NCBI GenBank assembly: GCA_965227295.1
Contig: OZ245742.1
Span: 3,456,001 to 3,520,000, forward strand
Source: Leptonemataceae bacterium
GTDB taxonomy: Bacteria; Spirochaetota; Leptospiria; Leptospirales; Leptonemataceae
Reading direction: 5' to 3'
Length of the DNA stretch: 64,000 nt
A model generated the notes under the pieces. The model worked only from the letters and a program-made list of their open reading frames with translations. It was not told where the DNA came from and did no database searches. Below, piece by piece: positions 53,896 through 63,696 of the stretch. The translations under genes and the position numbers were made by a program. The number at the start of each line of letters is the position of its first letter. The stretch's first letter is position 1.

Positions 53896-56115
53896 TTACT
53901 GGATGCTGCCGCTGCGCTGGAGCGCGTTCGCCCACATGACGGTCATGTAGTCGGCGGAGCGGTAGATCGGTTCCAGGTCGGAGCGTTTGAGGCCCTGTTG
54001 CCGCAGATCCTCGAAGAAGTCCGGCATGAGTCCGATGTGCGCGGCCCCGTCGTTATTGTAATCGAAGACGCGGGTACCGAACACGTAGCGGCTCATGCTG
54101 ATGCCGGACGGGCTCGTGGCCGGATGGCGCAGGGACGGGTCCGGGGTGAACGGGTAATTCACTTTCGTGTACGTCGGCTGCGCAATCGTCGATTGACCGC
54201 CCGGGCAGGCGTCGCTGCCGAAGCGCGGCCCGGGCATGTGCGCGAAGCCGTTGAAGTCAGTGCCCACCGCGATGCGTCCGTCGTGGGCGGCATCGCCGAT
54301 GAGATGCTTCAGATACATGTACGATTGCGCGAAGGTCTGGCTCGTCGCTCCGCAGGCGTGCGGAATGTAAGAACCGTCCGGGTTGCGCCATTCGCCGATT
54401 TCGTCCAGGTGGCCCTGGCCGGGAATGAGGCCGATCATCCCGCCGAGATCGGTGATGCGCTGGAGATCCGCGCCGCGGGGATTCGCCTCGTGGCGGTTCA
54501 GGCCGTTGGCCATATCATACACGCCGGTGTGCCCGGTGACGATGCCGGGGTAGTCCTGTTCCTCGGCGACTTCCAGGGCATCTTCCAGGGCGAGGGCCGA
54601 CATGTGACCGACGTCGATGATCATGCCTTTCTTCATGAGCTCTTTCATGACGAAGCGACCCTGAGCGGTCATGCCCTGGTCGTTGCAGTCCTGGCTGAAG
54701 TGTTTGCAATCGTACTTCTCACCACTGGCCAGGATGTTGTAAGTGGCCGCTCCGCCGAAGCCGTTCGTCTTCAGGTGAATCGGAAAGACGTAGCGCAGGC
54801 CGAGATCGTGGATCTCCTGGATGCCCTGGGTGATCTGTGCGTTGGTGCAGGTGTCCGGCGTGCAATCGAAGAGATAGTCGACCTCGGTGCCGAGAACCAC
54901 GGCGAGTTTCCCTGAGGCGATGACCGCCTGCGCTTCCGCCGGTGACTGCACCACGCGGAACCAGCCCTGACCCGGGCCGCCGTTCTGCGCGTCGATCCAA
55001 TCCTGCATGTCATAAACCGCGTCGGTCTGCCGGCGCAGGGTGGCCATATCGTTCAGATCCAGGACCGGATCCGTGGCGATGGCGATGCCTTTGATGATGT
55101 CGGGCAGGCCGTTGTCCGTGGCGCCGAACATGTAATCGCCGTTCACCGCGAGTACGACCATGGCGCGCATGCCGCCCTCGTAAGCCCGCTTGATCCATTG
55201 ATAGTACATCGTCTGGTGCGTATAACTCTTGTGCGCGGGCCAGTACGGAAAGCTGTCGTGGCCCTCGTTTTCGTGCCGGGCCGTACCCAGGACCGCGCCG
55301 ATGATGTCGTCCTGCAGGATGGCTTCCACCCGCGAGTGACCGGCGGAGTGACCTTCGCTCCCGGTGCTCGGGCAATCGCCGAGGGCCGTGTTCGGATCGC
55401 CGTACGGCGCGCCGTGAAAGATGACCCCACCGAAGCCGAGATGCGACATGAGATGCGTATGCATGTCGAAGTAACCCGGCAACGTCCCGGAACGTTTGAG
55501 GGAATCGTGGGCGCCGCGACTGTAAGAACGGGGATTGCTTTCGCAACTGCTGTCGGGCACGTACCACTCGCCCCACATTTCGGAGCCGGTGTTCACGCAT
55601 TCGTGCGGGCTCGTGTAGGTGACACCGGCAATGGTCATGGGCATCCGCGAGCAGGCCTCTTCCCAGCTGACGCCGACGATGTTCCACAGACGCGAAGAGT
55701 ACTTCCGTTTGCCCGCGTACGGACCGGAAGACTGACAGCCGTCGTCTTTGTGCGTGTAGTATTCGGTGCCGACCGAAGCGGCCCAGTTGGCTTCGCAGCC
55801 GTCGTCGCTGACATCGAACTCGCCCCACATGTTGAAGCCGGCGTTCACGCAACGCGTGGGCCGGTCGAAGTGCTCGCCGTTGATGGTCGCGGGCATGTTC
55901 GCGCAGGCCTGTTCCCAGCTCTGTCCCCAGGGTATGCCGTGGAGGACGGCGGAGTACTGGCGCTTGCCCGGGAAGATTTGCGTGCAATCATCCTTTTTGA
56001 AGCTGCCCCAGTGCGGTGCCGCGCTGAGCGGGCTCTGTGCCGCTGCCGACGCGAAGACGATCGCGCCGAGCAGCAGGCTGCTTTTCGCTGAATTTTTCAG
56101 AACGTGTGCAATCAT
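53896..56115 (-). CDS. Secreted membrane-dipeptidase/amidohydrolase-like protein with two N-terminal Cys/Trp-rich repeats
   Basis: Signal peptide; two YS..L..I....SWE.AC..MP.TI.G....P..CVN.G..MWGE..V.D..C units; DMHTH, IDVGHMS, GHTG, GTDFNG metal-site motifs. Confidence 0.8.
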   Translation of the reverse strand: MIAHVLKNSAKSSLLLGAIVFASAAAQSPLSAAPHWGSFKKDDCTQIFPGKRQYSAVLHGIPWGQSWEQACANMPATINGEHFDRPTRCVNAGFNMWGEFDVSDDGCEANWAASVGTEYYTHKDDGCQSSGPYAGKRKYSSRLWNIVGVSWEEACSRMPMTIAGVTYTSPHECVNTGSEMWGEWYVPDSSCESNPRSYSRGAHDSLKRSGTLPGYFDMHTHLMSHLGFGGVIFHGAPYGDPNTALGDCPSTGSEGHSAGHSRVEAILQDDIIGAVLGTARHENEGHDSFPYWPAHKSYTHQTMYYQWIKRAYEGGMRAMVVLAVNGDYMFGATDNGLPDIIKGIAIATDPVLDLNDMATLRRQTDAVYDMQDWIDAQNGGPGQGWFRVVQSPAEAQAVIASGKLAVVLGTEVDYLFDCTPDTCTNAQITQGIQEIHDLGLRYVFPIHLKTNGFGGAATYNILASGEKYDCKHFSQDCNDQGMTAQGRFVMKELMKKGMIIDVGHMSALALEDALEVAEEQDYPGIVTGHTGVYDMANGLNRHEANPRGADLQRITDLGGMIGLIPGQGHLDEIGEWRNPDGSYIPHACGATSQTFAQSYMYLKHLIGDAAHDGRIAVGTDFNGFAHMPGPRFGSDACPGGQSTIAQPTYTKVNYPFTPDPSLRHPATSPSGISMSRYVFGTRVFDYNNDGAAHIGLMPDFFEDLRQQGLKRSDLEPIYRSADYMTVMWANALQRSGSIQ

Positions 56116-56126
56116 AAGCTTGTGCC

Positions 56127-56675
56127 TCAGTCAGTGTGTTGGTCTAGTTTTCTTTGGTACTCCGCTTCGACGTTGCTTCGTCGTTGCGCGTACTCGTCCA
56201 GGCCGGCCTGAACGAGCTTGAGTTTTTCCGGACTCATCTGATCGCTGTAGCGATCGCGAATCTCCTGTAGAATGCGTATTTGATCTCCGTGCAGGCGGAG
56301 CTGATCGGTATAGTATTCATCGATTTCCGCGCGTTCGGCGCGGCCGGAGTAGATCTTTCCGTACAGAGTGGCCCAGTGTTCGTGGAGTTTTTCCTGGGCC
56401 TCGCGTTCGCCGGCATCGCGCGGACGCGCAACGGCGCGCCAGTAGAGATTGTCCGGAAAGTTGCGCCGCAACTCCGCCGTGGCCACGGGCAGGCCCGTAT
56501 CTTCGTAGGCCTCGTCCGCGGATGCATCGAACAGAGCGCCGATTCCGGATGAAGAACGCGCTTGCCGGAACCACGTCTTTGATCCCGCGGGCGAGTAGAC
56601 TGCAACAACGCCGACGACGGCGAGGGCCATGGCCGGGAGTATGTATCGCGGGCGAAAGAGGGAACGAAGAATCAT
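56127..56675 (-). CDS. Hypothetical membrane-anchored helical protein upstream of the amidohydrolase
   Basis: N-terminal TM segment, FPDNLYW motif, 11-nt gap to the next gene. Confidence 0.65.
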   Translation of the reverse strand: MILRSLFRPRYILPAMALAVVGVVAVYSPAGSKTWFRQARSSSGIGALFDASADEAYEDTGLPVATAELRRNFPDNLYWRAVARPRDAGEREAQEKLHEHWATLYGKIYSGRAERAEIDEYYTDQLRLHGDQIRILQEIRDRYSDQMSPEKLKLVQAGLDEYAQRRSNVEAEYQRKLDQHTD

Positions 56676-56829
56676 AAAGAAACCAATATATTATTACGAA
56701 CGATTTCGCAAGGTCTCCGACGTGAACGGTTCGCTGTGCGGGGCGATCGGTACGCGATGATGAAGGATCACGCATGCTGTCGATTTTTTCTACTTGAGAT
56801 GCGGCCGGAGTTCCGCAACGCTGCAATCC

Positions 56830-58803
56830 ATGCAACCACTGTGGACACCCTCTCCGGAACGCGTGCATGCCTCGCGCATGTTTGAGTTCATGAACTACGT
56901 GAACCGCCGCGAAGGAACGCACTTCGAATCTTACAACGATCTCTACGAATGGAGCGTTTCCGACGCCGGCCTGCCGGAGTTCTGGGCGAACCTCTGGGAT
57001 TACGCCGGCATCGTGTCCTCGCAAAGTTACGAACGTGCCGTGGACGATCCGCGGCGCCTGCCCGGGGCGCGCTGGTTTCCCGGGGCGCGTCTGAATTTCG
57101 CCGAGAATCTTTTGCGCTATCGCGACGCGCAGCCGGCGCTGATCTTTCGCGGCGAAGACCGTGTGCGCGCGGAGTACAGCCACGCCGAACTCTACAATGC
57201 CGTGGAACGATTTGCGCGGGCTTTGCGCGCACGCAACATCCAGGCCGGCGATCGTGTGGCCGGATTCATGCCGAACATGCCCGAGACGATCATCGCCATG
57301 CTCGCGGCGACGTCCGCCGGGGCCGTGTGGTCGTCGTCGTCGCCGGACTTCGGCGTGCAGGGGGTACTGGATCGCTTCGGACAGATCGAGCCGCGCGTGT
57401 TGATCGCGGCGGACGGTTACTTTTACAAAGGTAAGGTCATCGACACTTTACCGAAGCTGCGCGAAATCGCCGCGAAGATTCCCTCGATCGAAACCATCGT
57501 AGTCGTGCCCTACGTCGGCGCCGCCACCGGTACCGCCCCGGATCTCGCGGATATTCCGAAGGCCGTGCTGTACGAAGATTTTCTGGCGCCGGCCGACGGC
57601 GAACGCGACATCGACTTCGAACAACTGCCGTTCGATCATCCGGTGTACATCATGTACTCGTCCGGCACGACCGGGTTGCCCAAGTGCATGGTGCAGGGAC
57701 CGGGCGTACTCTTGAATCATCTGAAAGAACATCTGCTGCACGTTGATCTGCAACGCGGCGAACGCATTTTTTATTTTACGACATGCGGCTGGATGATGTG
57801 GAACTGGCTGACTTCGGCCCTCGGTGTCGGCGCGACGCTCGTGCTCTACGACGGCAATCCGTTCCATCCGGGGCCGGAGTCGCTCTGGAAAATGAGCGCG
57901 GAGCTGGACATCAACGTCTTCGGTACCAGCGCGCGTTACATCACGGCGCTCGAAGAAGCCGGCGTGCAGCCGGGACAGGCCGCCGATCTTTCTAAGTTAC
58001 GCGCGGTGTTATCTACGGGTTCGCCGCTGCCGCCCGAGGGCTTCGAGTACGTGTATCGCGAGGTGAAGGCCGACGTTCTCCTCGCTTCGATTTCCGGCGG
58101 CACCGATCTGAACGGTTGTTTTGCCCTGGGGAATCCCGTGTTGCCCGTGTATACCGGAGAGATCCAGTGTCGCGGCCTGGGCATGAACGTAAAGATCTAC
58201 GACGACGACGGCCGGGCCGTAATCGGTGTTGCGGGAGAGTTAGTCTGCGAGTCCGCCTTTCCTTCGATGCCGCTGCGATTCTGGAACGATGACGACGGTT
58301 CGAAGTACCACAACGCCTACTTCGCGGAGTACGACAACGTGTGGCGCCACGGCGACTTCGCCATGCTCACGGAGCGCGGCGGCCTGGTTGTTCTGGGTCG
58401 ATCCGACGCCACGCTGAATCCCGGCGGCGTGCGCATCGGCACGGCGGACATTTATCGTATTGTGGAGAAGTTTGCGGAGATTGAAGACAGCGTCGTCATC
58501 GGCCAGGCGCTGCCGGAAGATGCGAGCGACGTACGCATCGTGTTGTTTGTGAAGATGGCCGCCGGCGCGCAGTTGGACGACGATCTCAAGGAACGCCTGC
58601 GCAGAACGATTCGGAGCGAAGCCTCGCCGCGGCACGTGCCGGCGATCATCATCGCCGTGCCGGATATTCCCTATACCCGCAACATGAAGAAGGTCGAGCT
58701 GGCCGTAAAACGCGTCGTCGAAAACCGGCCGGTAACGAATCGCGAGGCCCTGGCGAATCCGGAATGCCTGGATGCGTATCGAGACCTGCCCGAGTTACAG
58801 TGA
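56830..58803 (+). CDS. Acetoacetate--CoA ligase
   Basis: WFPGARLNFAENLL, YSSGTTGLPKC, GWMMWNW, SISGGTD, GRSDATLNPGGVRIGT. Confidence 0.93.
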   Translation: MQPLWTPSPERVHASRMFEFMNYVNRREGTHFESYNDLYEWSVSDAGLPEFWANLWDYAGIVSSQSYERAVDDPRRLPGARWFPGARLNFAENLLRYRDAQPALIFRGEDRVRAEYSHAELYNAVERFARALRARNIQAGDRVAGFMPNMPETIIAMLAATSAGAVWSSSSPDFGVQGVLDRFGQIEPRVLIAADGYFYKGKVIDTLPKLREIAAKIPSIETIVVVPYVGAATGTAPDLADIPKAVLYEDFLAPADGERDIDFEQLPFDHPVYIMYSSGTTGLPKCMVQGPGVLLNHLKEHLLHVDLQRGERIFYFTTCGWMMWNWLTSALGVGATLVLYDGNPFHPGPESLWKMSAELDINVFGTSARYITALEEAGVQPGQAADLSKLRAVLSTGSPLPPEGFEYVYREVKADVLLASISGGTDLNGCFALGNPVLPVYTGEIQCRGLGMNVKIYDDDGRAVIGVAGELVCESAFPSMPLRFWNDDDGSKYHNAYFAEYDNVWRHGDFAMLTERGGLVVLGRSDATLNPGGVRIGTADIYRIVEKFAEIEDSVVIGQALPEDASDVRIVLFVKMAAGAQLDDDLKERLRRTIRSEASPRHVPAIIIAVPDIPYTRNMKKVELAVKRVVENRPVTNREALANPECLDAYRDLPELQ

Positions 58804-58876
58804 TTCACTCACCGGAACGGCGTCTTCGTCGCAAGAAACGTTGCGGGAGTTGAGTCGCAAGCCGACGTCCGGTGTC

Positions 58877-58919
58877 GGCAAGGCCCCACTTGTTGGGGCC
58901 GCGGCAGTTGGTTCCCCAC
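58877..58919. repeat. Hairpin insert H2, copy 1
   Basis: GGCAAGGCC-CCA-CTTGT-TGG-GGCCGCGGCAGTTGGTTCCCCAC. Confidence 0.85.
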
Positions 58920-59143
58920 TGGCAGTATTCTTAACAAAACGAAAATCCACAACTCCCGCTTCGCTGTAGCAAAAAAAGTCCCTTCAACATTGCGCAACTT
59001 ACCTTGTTTGTCTCCCGGTAAACGCCGCGAAACACGGCTCTTGAACTACCTGAAACGTTTTATTCGTTCGCTTACGCCCCGAATCGTGGCGTAAGTTAAG
59101 GCCAGTGTGGATTAACACTTTTATGGGTACAGCTGGTTCCAGG

Positions 59144-59185
59144 GGCAAGGCCACGCTTGTCGTGGCCGCGGCAGTTGTTCCCCAC
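59144..59185. repeat. Hairpin insert H2, copy 2
   Basis: GGCAAGGCC-ACG-CTTGT-CGT-GGCCGCGGCAGTTGTTCCCCAC. Confidence 0.85.
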
Positions 59186-59464
59186 CCACGGAGGTTATGC
59201 CGGGGAATGTGGTAAGGCGCACCGGAACGGCGTCTTCGTCGCAAGAAACGTTGCGGGAGCTGAGTCGCAACCCCGCGTCCGGGTCGAACGCAGTATTCTT
59301 AACAAAACGAAAATCCACAACTCCCGCTCAGCCGTAGCCATAAAAACCCCTTCACCATTGCGCAACTTACCTTGTGTGTCTCACGGCAAACGCTGCGAAA
59401 CACGGCTCTTGAACAACCGGAAGCGTTCGGTTTTCCTTTGAGATGGCGTCTTCGTCGTTCATTC

Positions 59465-61975
59465 TCACATCCGGGCCAGTTTTTCCAGGTGGCGTTTGAG
59501 TTCCAGGCCGCGTTTGTTTTTCGGATGCGACTTCAGAAACTCGTAGATGCATTCGTAGGCGCGCACGTACTCTTCCAGATGATACCAGAGCTCCGCCTTG
59601 AGCAACAGGTTGCGCGTGCTGTTCGGCCGCCGTAAATAAAAGCGATCCACGTAATCCATGGCGCGTTCGTAGTCGCGCAGTTCCTTGAAAGCCAGGGCGG
59701 CGCTGTAGATGACGTGCAACTCCCCCGGGGCGATGGCCAGGATTTCCACGGCCAGTTTTGCGGCGATTTCGAAGCGGCGTGCCTTGAGCGCCTCCCGGAG
59801 CCGCTGTCGCAATGCGTGCACTTTTTCGTCGGCGTTTCCAGCGTCGCGGTCATGACGGCGATAGGTCAGCGCCAGCAGAGAAACGTCGTCGGCCTGGGTG
59901 CCGCCGTGCATCAGTTCCATCGTAAGCTCGCGCGGATCGCCGCCGGTACTTTCTACGAGGCGCAGAAAACGTTCCGGATCCTCGTTCCATACCTCGCGCC
60001 CGCTGCGATCCTCACCGAGGACGACGTCGTCCCGGCCGTCGGAACCGGCGATCAACGTTTCGCCGGAAGCCAGGTGATGCGTGAGGATCGTGATGTCCTC
60101 GGAAAAATTCGGCACGCCCGGCTTCTGCGAAATGCCGCCGTCCACCGGCAGGTAGCCGGCCCGGCCGTCACGCAAATGCACAAGAGACGGATGTTCGGCG
60201 TTCACGTAATAAACAAAACCGTTACGATCGTCCACGAGGCCGAAGATCATTGACACCATCATCGCACCGCCGAAGCCCTGGAAGATACGATGAATTTCGA
60301 AGAAGGCGTCGCGCAGCCAGCGCTCCGGCGAAAGCCGGGAACGCACGCCGGAGATGGAAGTACTTTCCAGGATCGCCTCGAAGATCGCGCCGAGGACCAG
60401 CGCCCCGCCGGCTCCCTGCATGGACTTGCCCATGGCGTCGCCGTTCAAAAAGACCGTGTACGCAACGCCGCCGAGGACAATCGTGCGCGCGGTGCTTAAG
60501 TCGCCGCCGAGTTCCACGCGTCGCGACCGGTACTCGAACGATTTGTTTTGCTGCGTATACGCGCTGACGTCCACCGTTTCAGAAAACACCTGAATCTCCG
60601 TAAACGGCTTGAGCAGCAGCGAAGTGAGATAGTAATCTCCGTCCTGGCGTTCCTTGAGTTCACGCAGTTCTTCCAGCGCACTTTCCAGGTCCATGGTGCG
60701 CTCGCGGATGCGTTCTTCCAGATCTTCGCTGGCCCGGGCGATCTCCCGCGACAGGCGCTCCACGGATTCCAGCGAGTGCGTAAACCGACGCGAGAGGACA
60801 ATGGACTGTGTTGCCAGAAAAATGAACAGGCCCAACGGGGCCAGGTAGGTCGTCTGCAATCTACCGGTGCCGTACAGGATGTCGTTCACCCCCGTCACTA
60901 ACAGAAACGAATATCCGATTAAGAAGATGGTCGACCCGGGGCGACGGTGCACCACCGCCCGCCCGGCGATCCAGAGGCAGTAGCCCATGCCCGCCAGAAT
61001 CAGCACCATGTAGTAGGGCATCCAGGGTTCGTAGTACTCAATCGGAGAGCAGGCCATCAGTCCGCAGAAAGTGAGCGCGGCGGCGAGCAGGACCACGTAG
61101 ATATGGCGATAGAGAGTGACGCCGACCTCCGTGGGAAAAAGATAACGTACGAACATGAGCAGCGCGGGGAGGGCGGCGAACCCCGAAAGCACGGCGATTT
61201 TGAAGGCCAGTTCGTAGTCGAGGTTCGGAAAGTAAAAGAGCAGCGCGCGCTCGCCGGTGCTTAGCTGACGAACGGTGAGAGTTAGAGCGAGGACCGCAAA
61301 AAAGAGGGCGAAGCTTTCCCGGCGCCGTTGGAGAAAGAGGCCGACGTAATAGATCGCCATGATCGCCAGGGAACCGGTGAGGAACAACTCGAAGGTAGCG
61401 CGACGCAACGTGGCCGTGAGCATGGCTTCGTAGGGGCCGAACAGGATCGCGGAGCGCAGGCCGCCCTTGCTGCGAATAAAATTCGCCACTTCCAGGTCGA
61501 GCTGGAACTCTTTTGCCGGCGCGCGAAAGACGATCAGTGCCGGGCTGATGTTGCCCTCGCTGGTAGCCCGGCTCCGTCCCACCCGTCCATTCGCATGCAA
61601 CAGGCGATCGTCCAACCACAGGCGATACGAAGTCTCCACCTGGTTCAGGTGGACCGCGAAGAGCCGGCCGACATCCGATTCGGGAATGCGTACGTTCAGG
61701 CGCAGGGTGCCGTAGCCCCGGCCCAGCCAGGGCTCGGGGACGGGGGCGAGTTCCGGAGTGGCCGCGTTTCCCGGCTCGCGAAGATCTTCTTTCAGGCTTC
61801 GGTCGTAGTACCACCACTCACCATTGAGGGCCAGCGTGCTTGCCGGGCCCAGGCGGGTGTCGGAGAGGTCCAGCATTCCGCCGCGCACCGGTCGCCCCGG
61901 AGAAACCTGCGCCCGACAGTTCGCTGCGAACAGTATTAAGATTAGAAGAAAGCCTGTGAAAAACTGCGAGCGCAC
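59465..61975 (-). CDS. 7TM-DISM sensor, SpoIIE/PP2C phosphatase and TPR protein
   Basis: LNGEWWY DISM domain, seven TM helices, LGGD, GDAMGKSMQGAGGA, NAEHP, GSDGRDD, DDVSL; TPR tail. Confidence 0.9.
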   Translation of the reverse strand: MRSQFFTGFLLILILFAANCRAQVSPGRPVRGGMLDLSDTRLGPASTLALNGEWWYYDRSLKEDLREPGNAATPELAPVPEPWLGRGYGTLRLNVRIPESDVGRLFAVHLNQVETSYRLWLDDRLLHANGRVGRSRATSEGNISPALIVFRAPAKEFQLDLEVANFIRSKGGLRSAILFGPYEAMLTATLRRATFELFLTGSLAIMAIYYVGLFLQRRRESFALFFAVLALTLTVRQLSTGERALLFYFPNLDYELAFKIAVLSGFAALPALLMFVRYLFPTEVGVTLYRHIYVVLLAAALTFCGLMACSPIEYYEPWMPYYMVLILAGMGYCLWIAGRAVVHRRPGSTIFLIGYSFLLVTGVNDILYGTGRLQTTYLAPLGLFIFLATQSIVLSRRFTHSLESVERLSREIARASEDLEERIRERTMDLESALEELRELKERQDGDYYLTSLLLKPFTEIQVFSETVDVSAYTQQNKSFEYRSRRVELGGDLSTARTIVLGGVAYTVFLNGDAMGKSMQGAGGALVLGAIFEAILESTSISGVRSRLSPERWLRDAFFEIHRIFQGFGGAMMVSMIFGLVDDRNGFVYYVNAEHPSLVHLRDGRAGYLPVDGGISQKPGVPNFSEDITILTHHLASGETLIAGSDGRDDVVLGEDRSGREVWNEDPERFLRLVESTGGDPRELTMELMHGGTQADDVSLLALTYRRHDRDAGNADEKVHALRQRLREALKARRFEIAAKLAVEILAIAPGELHVIYSAALAFKELRDYERAMDYVDRFYLRRPNSTRNLLLKAELWYHLEEYVRAYECIYEFLKSHPKNKRGLELKRHLEKLARM

Positions 61976-62137
61976 CGCAGAAAGACCGATCGCGGAAAGG
62001 TGAAAATACTGAAAGAAAAAATGAAAAAAATAGTCGTAGTTGCCGCACTATGCAAAAATGATTATGTAACGTTCAAACATTAGATTGTAACGGTGTCCGG
62101 CATACGGTACCGTCGGCGCAACGGAGGTCGCGCAACT

Positions 62138-63025
62138 ATGCTCAAACGATTCGGGTTATTTTTGCTCGTCAACTTTCTGGTCATCGTAATGGTCAGCATC
62201 ATTCTGAACGTGGTGCTGCCGGCATTCGGTGTCCAGCTTCAGGGTACCGCCGCCATCCTGGTCATGTGTGCGGTCTTCGGCATGACCGGCGCGTTCATTT
62301 CGCTGGCCATCAGCCGGTGGATGGCGAAGCGGGCCTACAACATTCAGGTCATCGATAACTCCGTAAACGACCCGGGCCTGCGCAGTATCTACGCCATGGT
62401 CGCAAGGCTGTCTCAACAGGCGCAACTGCCCAACGTTCCGGAGGTCGGTGTCTACGATTCGCCGGAGCCGAACGCTTTCGCCACGGGGCCGACCCAGAGT
62501 CGTTCCCTCGTTGCCTTCAGCACCGGCCTGCTCCGCGGCATGCGTCCGGAAGAAGTCGAGGCGGTGGCCGCCCACGAAATCTCACACATCAAAAACGGCG
62601 ACATGGTTACGATGACCCTGCTCACCGGTGTGGCGAACACGTTCGTCATGTTTCTCTCGCGTATGGTCGCCATGGCGCTGGACAATTTCATGCGCGACGA
62701 AGAGGGAAACGGCGGTCTGGGATTTATCGGCTACTACGCCGCGGTCTTCGTACTGGACATGGTGTTCATGTTCCTGGCGTCCATTCCCCTGGCGGCCTTC
62801 TCGCGCTGGCGGGAGTACCGGGCGGATGCCGGCGGCGCCCGGCTCACCACGCCGAACGCCATGGCCAACGCCCTCGAACGGTTGAAGAACTTTAGCGGCG
62901 AAATCGCCGAGCAGAAGGACCAGTTCGCCATGGCGAAAATCAGTTCCGGTCTGCGCATGTCGCTGTTTTCCTCTCATCCGCCGCTGGACGAGCGCATCGC
63001 CCGTCTGCGGAAAATGGTGCGCTGA
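62138..63025 (+). CDS. htpX: Protease HtpX
   Basis: PNAFATG, AHEISHIKNGDMVT, FSRWREYRAD, SHPPLDERI. Confidence 0.95.
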   Translation: MLKRFGLFLLVNFLVIVMVSIILNVVLPAFGVQLQGTAAILVMCAVFGMTGAFISLAISRWMAKRAYNIQVIDNSVNDPGLRSIYAMVARLSQQAQLPNVPEVGVYDSPEPNAFATGPTQSRSLVAFSTGLLRGMRPEEVEAVAAHEISHIKNGDMVTMTLLTGVANTFVMFLSRMVAMALDNFMRDEEGNGGLGFIGYYAAVFVLDMVFMFLASIPLAAFSRWREYRADAGGARLTTPNAMANALERLKNFSGEIAEQKDQFAMAKISSGLRMSLFSSHPPLDERIARLRKMVR

Positions 63026-63093
63026 TTTTCTTTCTTGCCTGCACGCTCTGCCCGCGCGAATGGTCTCCGGACTATTTGTAGCGGAGCAGAGTA

Positions 63094-63696
63094 GTGCCGG
63101 ATAAACTCCTTGAGGGAAACAAGAAGTGGGTGGAGCGCATGCGCGGCGAGAACCCCGAGTTCTTCGGCGCCCTCGCCGCCGGCCAGAAGCCGCGCTACCT
63201 CTGGATCGGTTGCTCGGACAGTCGAGTGCCGGCCACGGAGATTACGGACACGCAGGCCGGTTCCATCTTCGTTCATCGCAACATCGCCAACCTGGTCGTC
63301 GAAACCGATCTCAATCTGCTGAGCGTCGTCAACTACGCCGTCTATCATCTCAAGGTCGAACACATCATCGTTTGCGGTCACTACGGTTGCGGCGGCATTC
63401 GCGCCGCGCTGGATACCAAACAGTCCCTCGGCTTTCTCGACGGCTGGATCGGACTCATCCGCACAACGTACGCGAGCTACCGGGAAGAACTGGACGGCAT
63501 CCTCGATCCCGAAGAACGCGAACGCCGCTTTACGGAATTGAACATCGCGCAGCAGGTGAAACATCTCTCGCGCATTTATTTCGTCCAGGACCGCTGGCGC
63601 ATCAACGAGGCCCCGCACATTCACGGCTGGGTTTACGACGTACGAGACGGGCTCATCAAAGATCTCGGTGTCAGCCAGAAGGGGCCCGTGGCTTGA
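63094..63696 (+). CDS. can: Beta-class carbonic anhydrase
   Basis: WIGCSDSRVP, FVHRNIAN, CGHYGCGG. Confidence 0.95.
   Translation: MPDKLLEGNKKWVERMRGENPEFFGALAAGQKPRYLWIGCSDSRVPATEITDTQAGSIFVHRNIANLVVETDLNLLSVVNYAVYHLKVEHIIVCGHYGCGGIRAALDTKQSLGFLDGWIGLIRTTYASYREELDGILDPEERERRFTELNIAQQVKHLSRIYFVQDRWRINEAPHIHGWVYDVRDGLIKDLGVSQKGPVA

Larger units (their letters stand above)
58810..59459 (-). repeat. Array D of the ~330-bp repeat (two core copies with two H2 inserts) between convergent genes
   Basis: Reverse core at 58812 and 59222; the 410 spacing fits one unit plus two ~42-bp inserts. Confidence 0.95.

Noticed and set aside
53998..56091. Long antisense and alternate-frame ORFs here and throughout the window
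   Set aside because: Expected shadows of high-GC coding sequence; they overlap well-supported genes and lack motifs.
62065..62092. TGTAACG direct repeat upstream of htpX
   Set aside because: Two 7-mers are too little to call a regulator binding site without comparative data.
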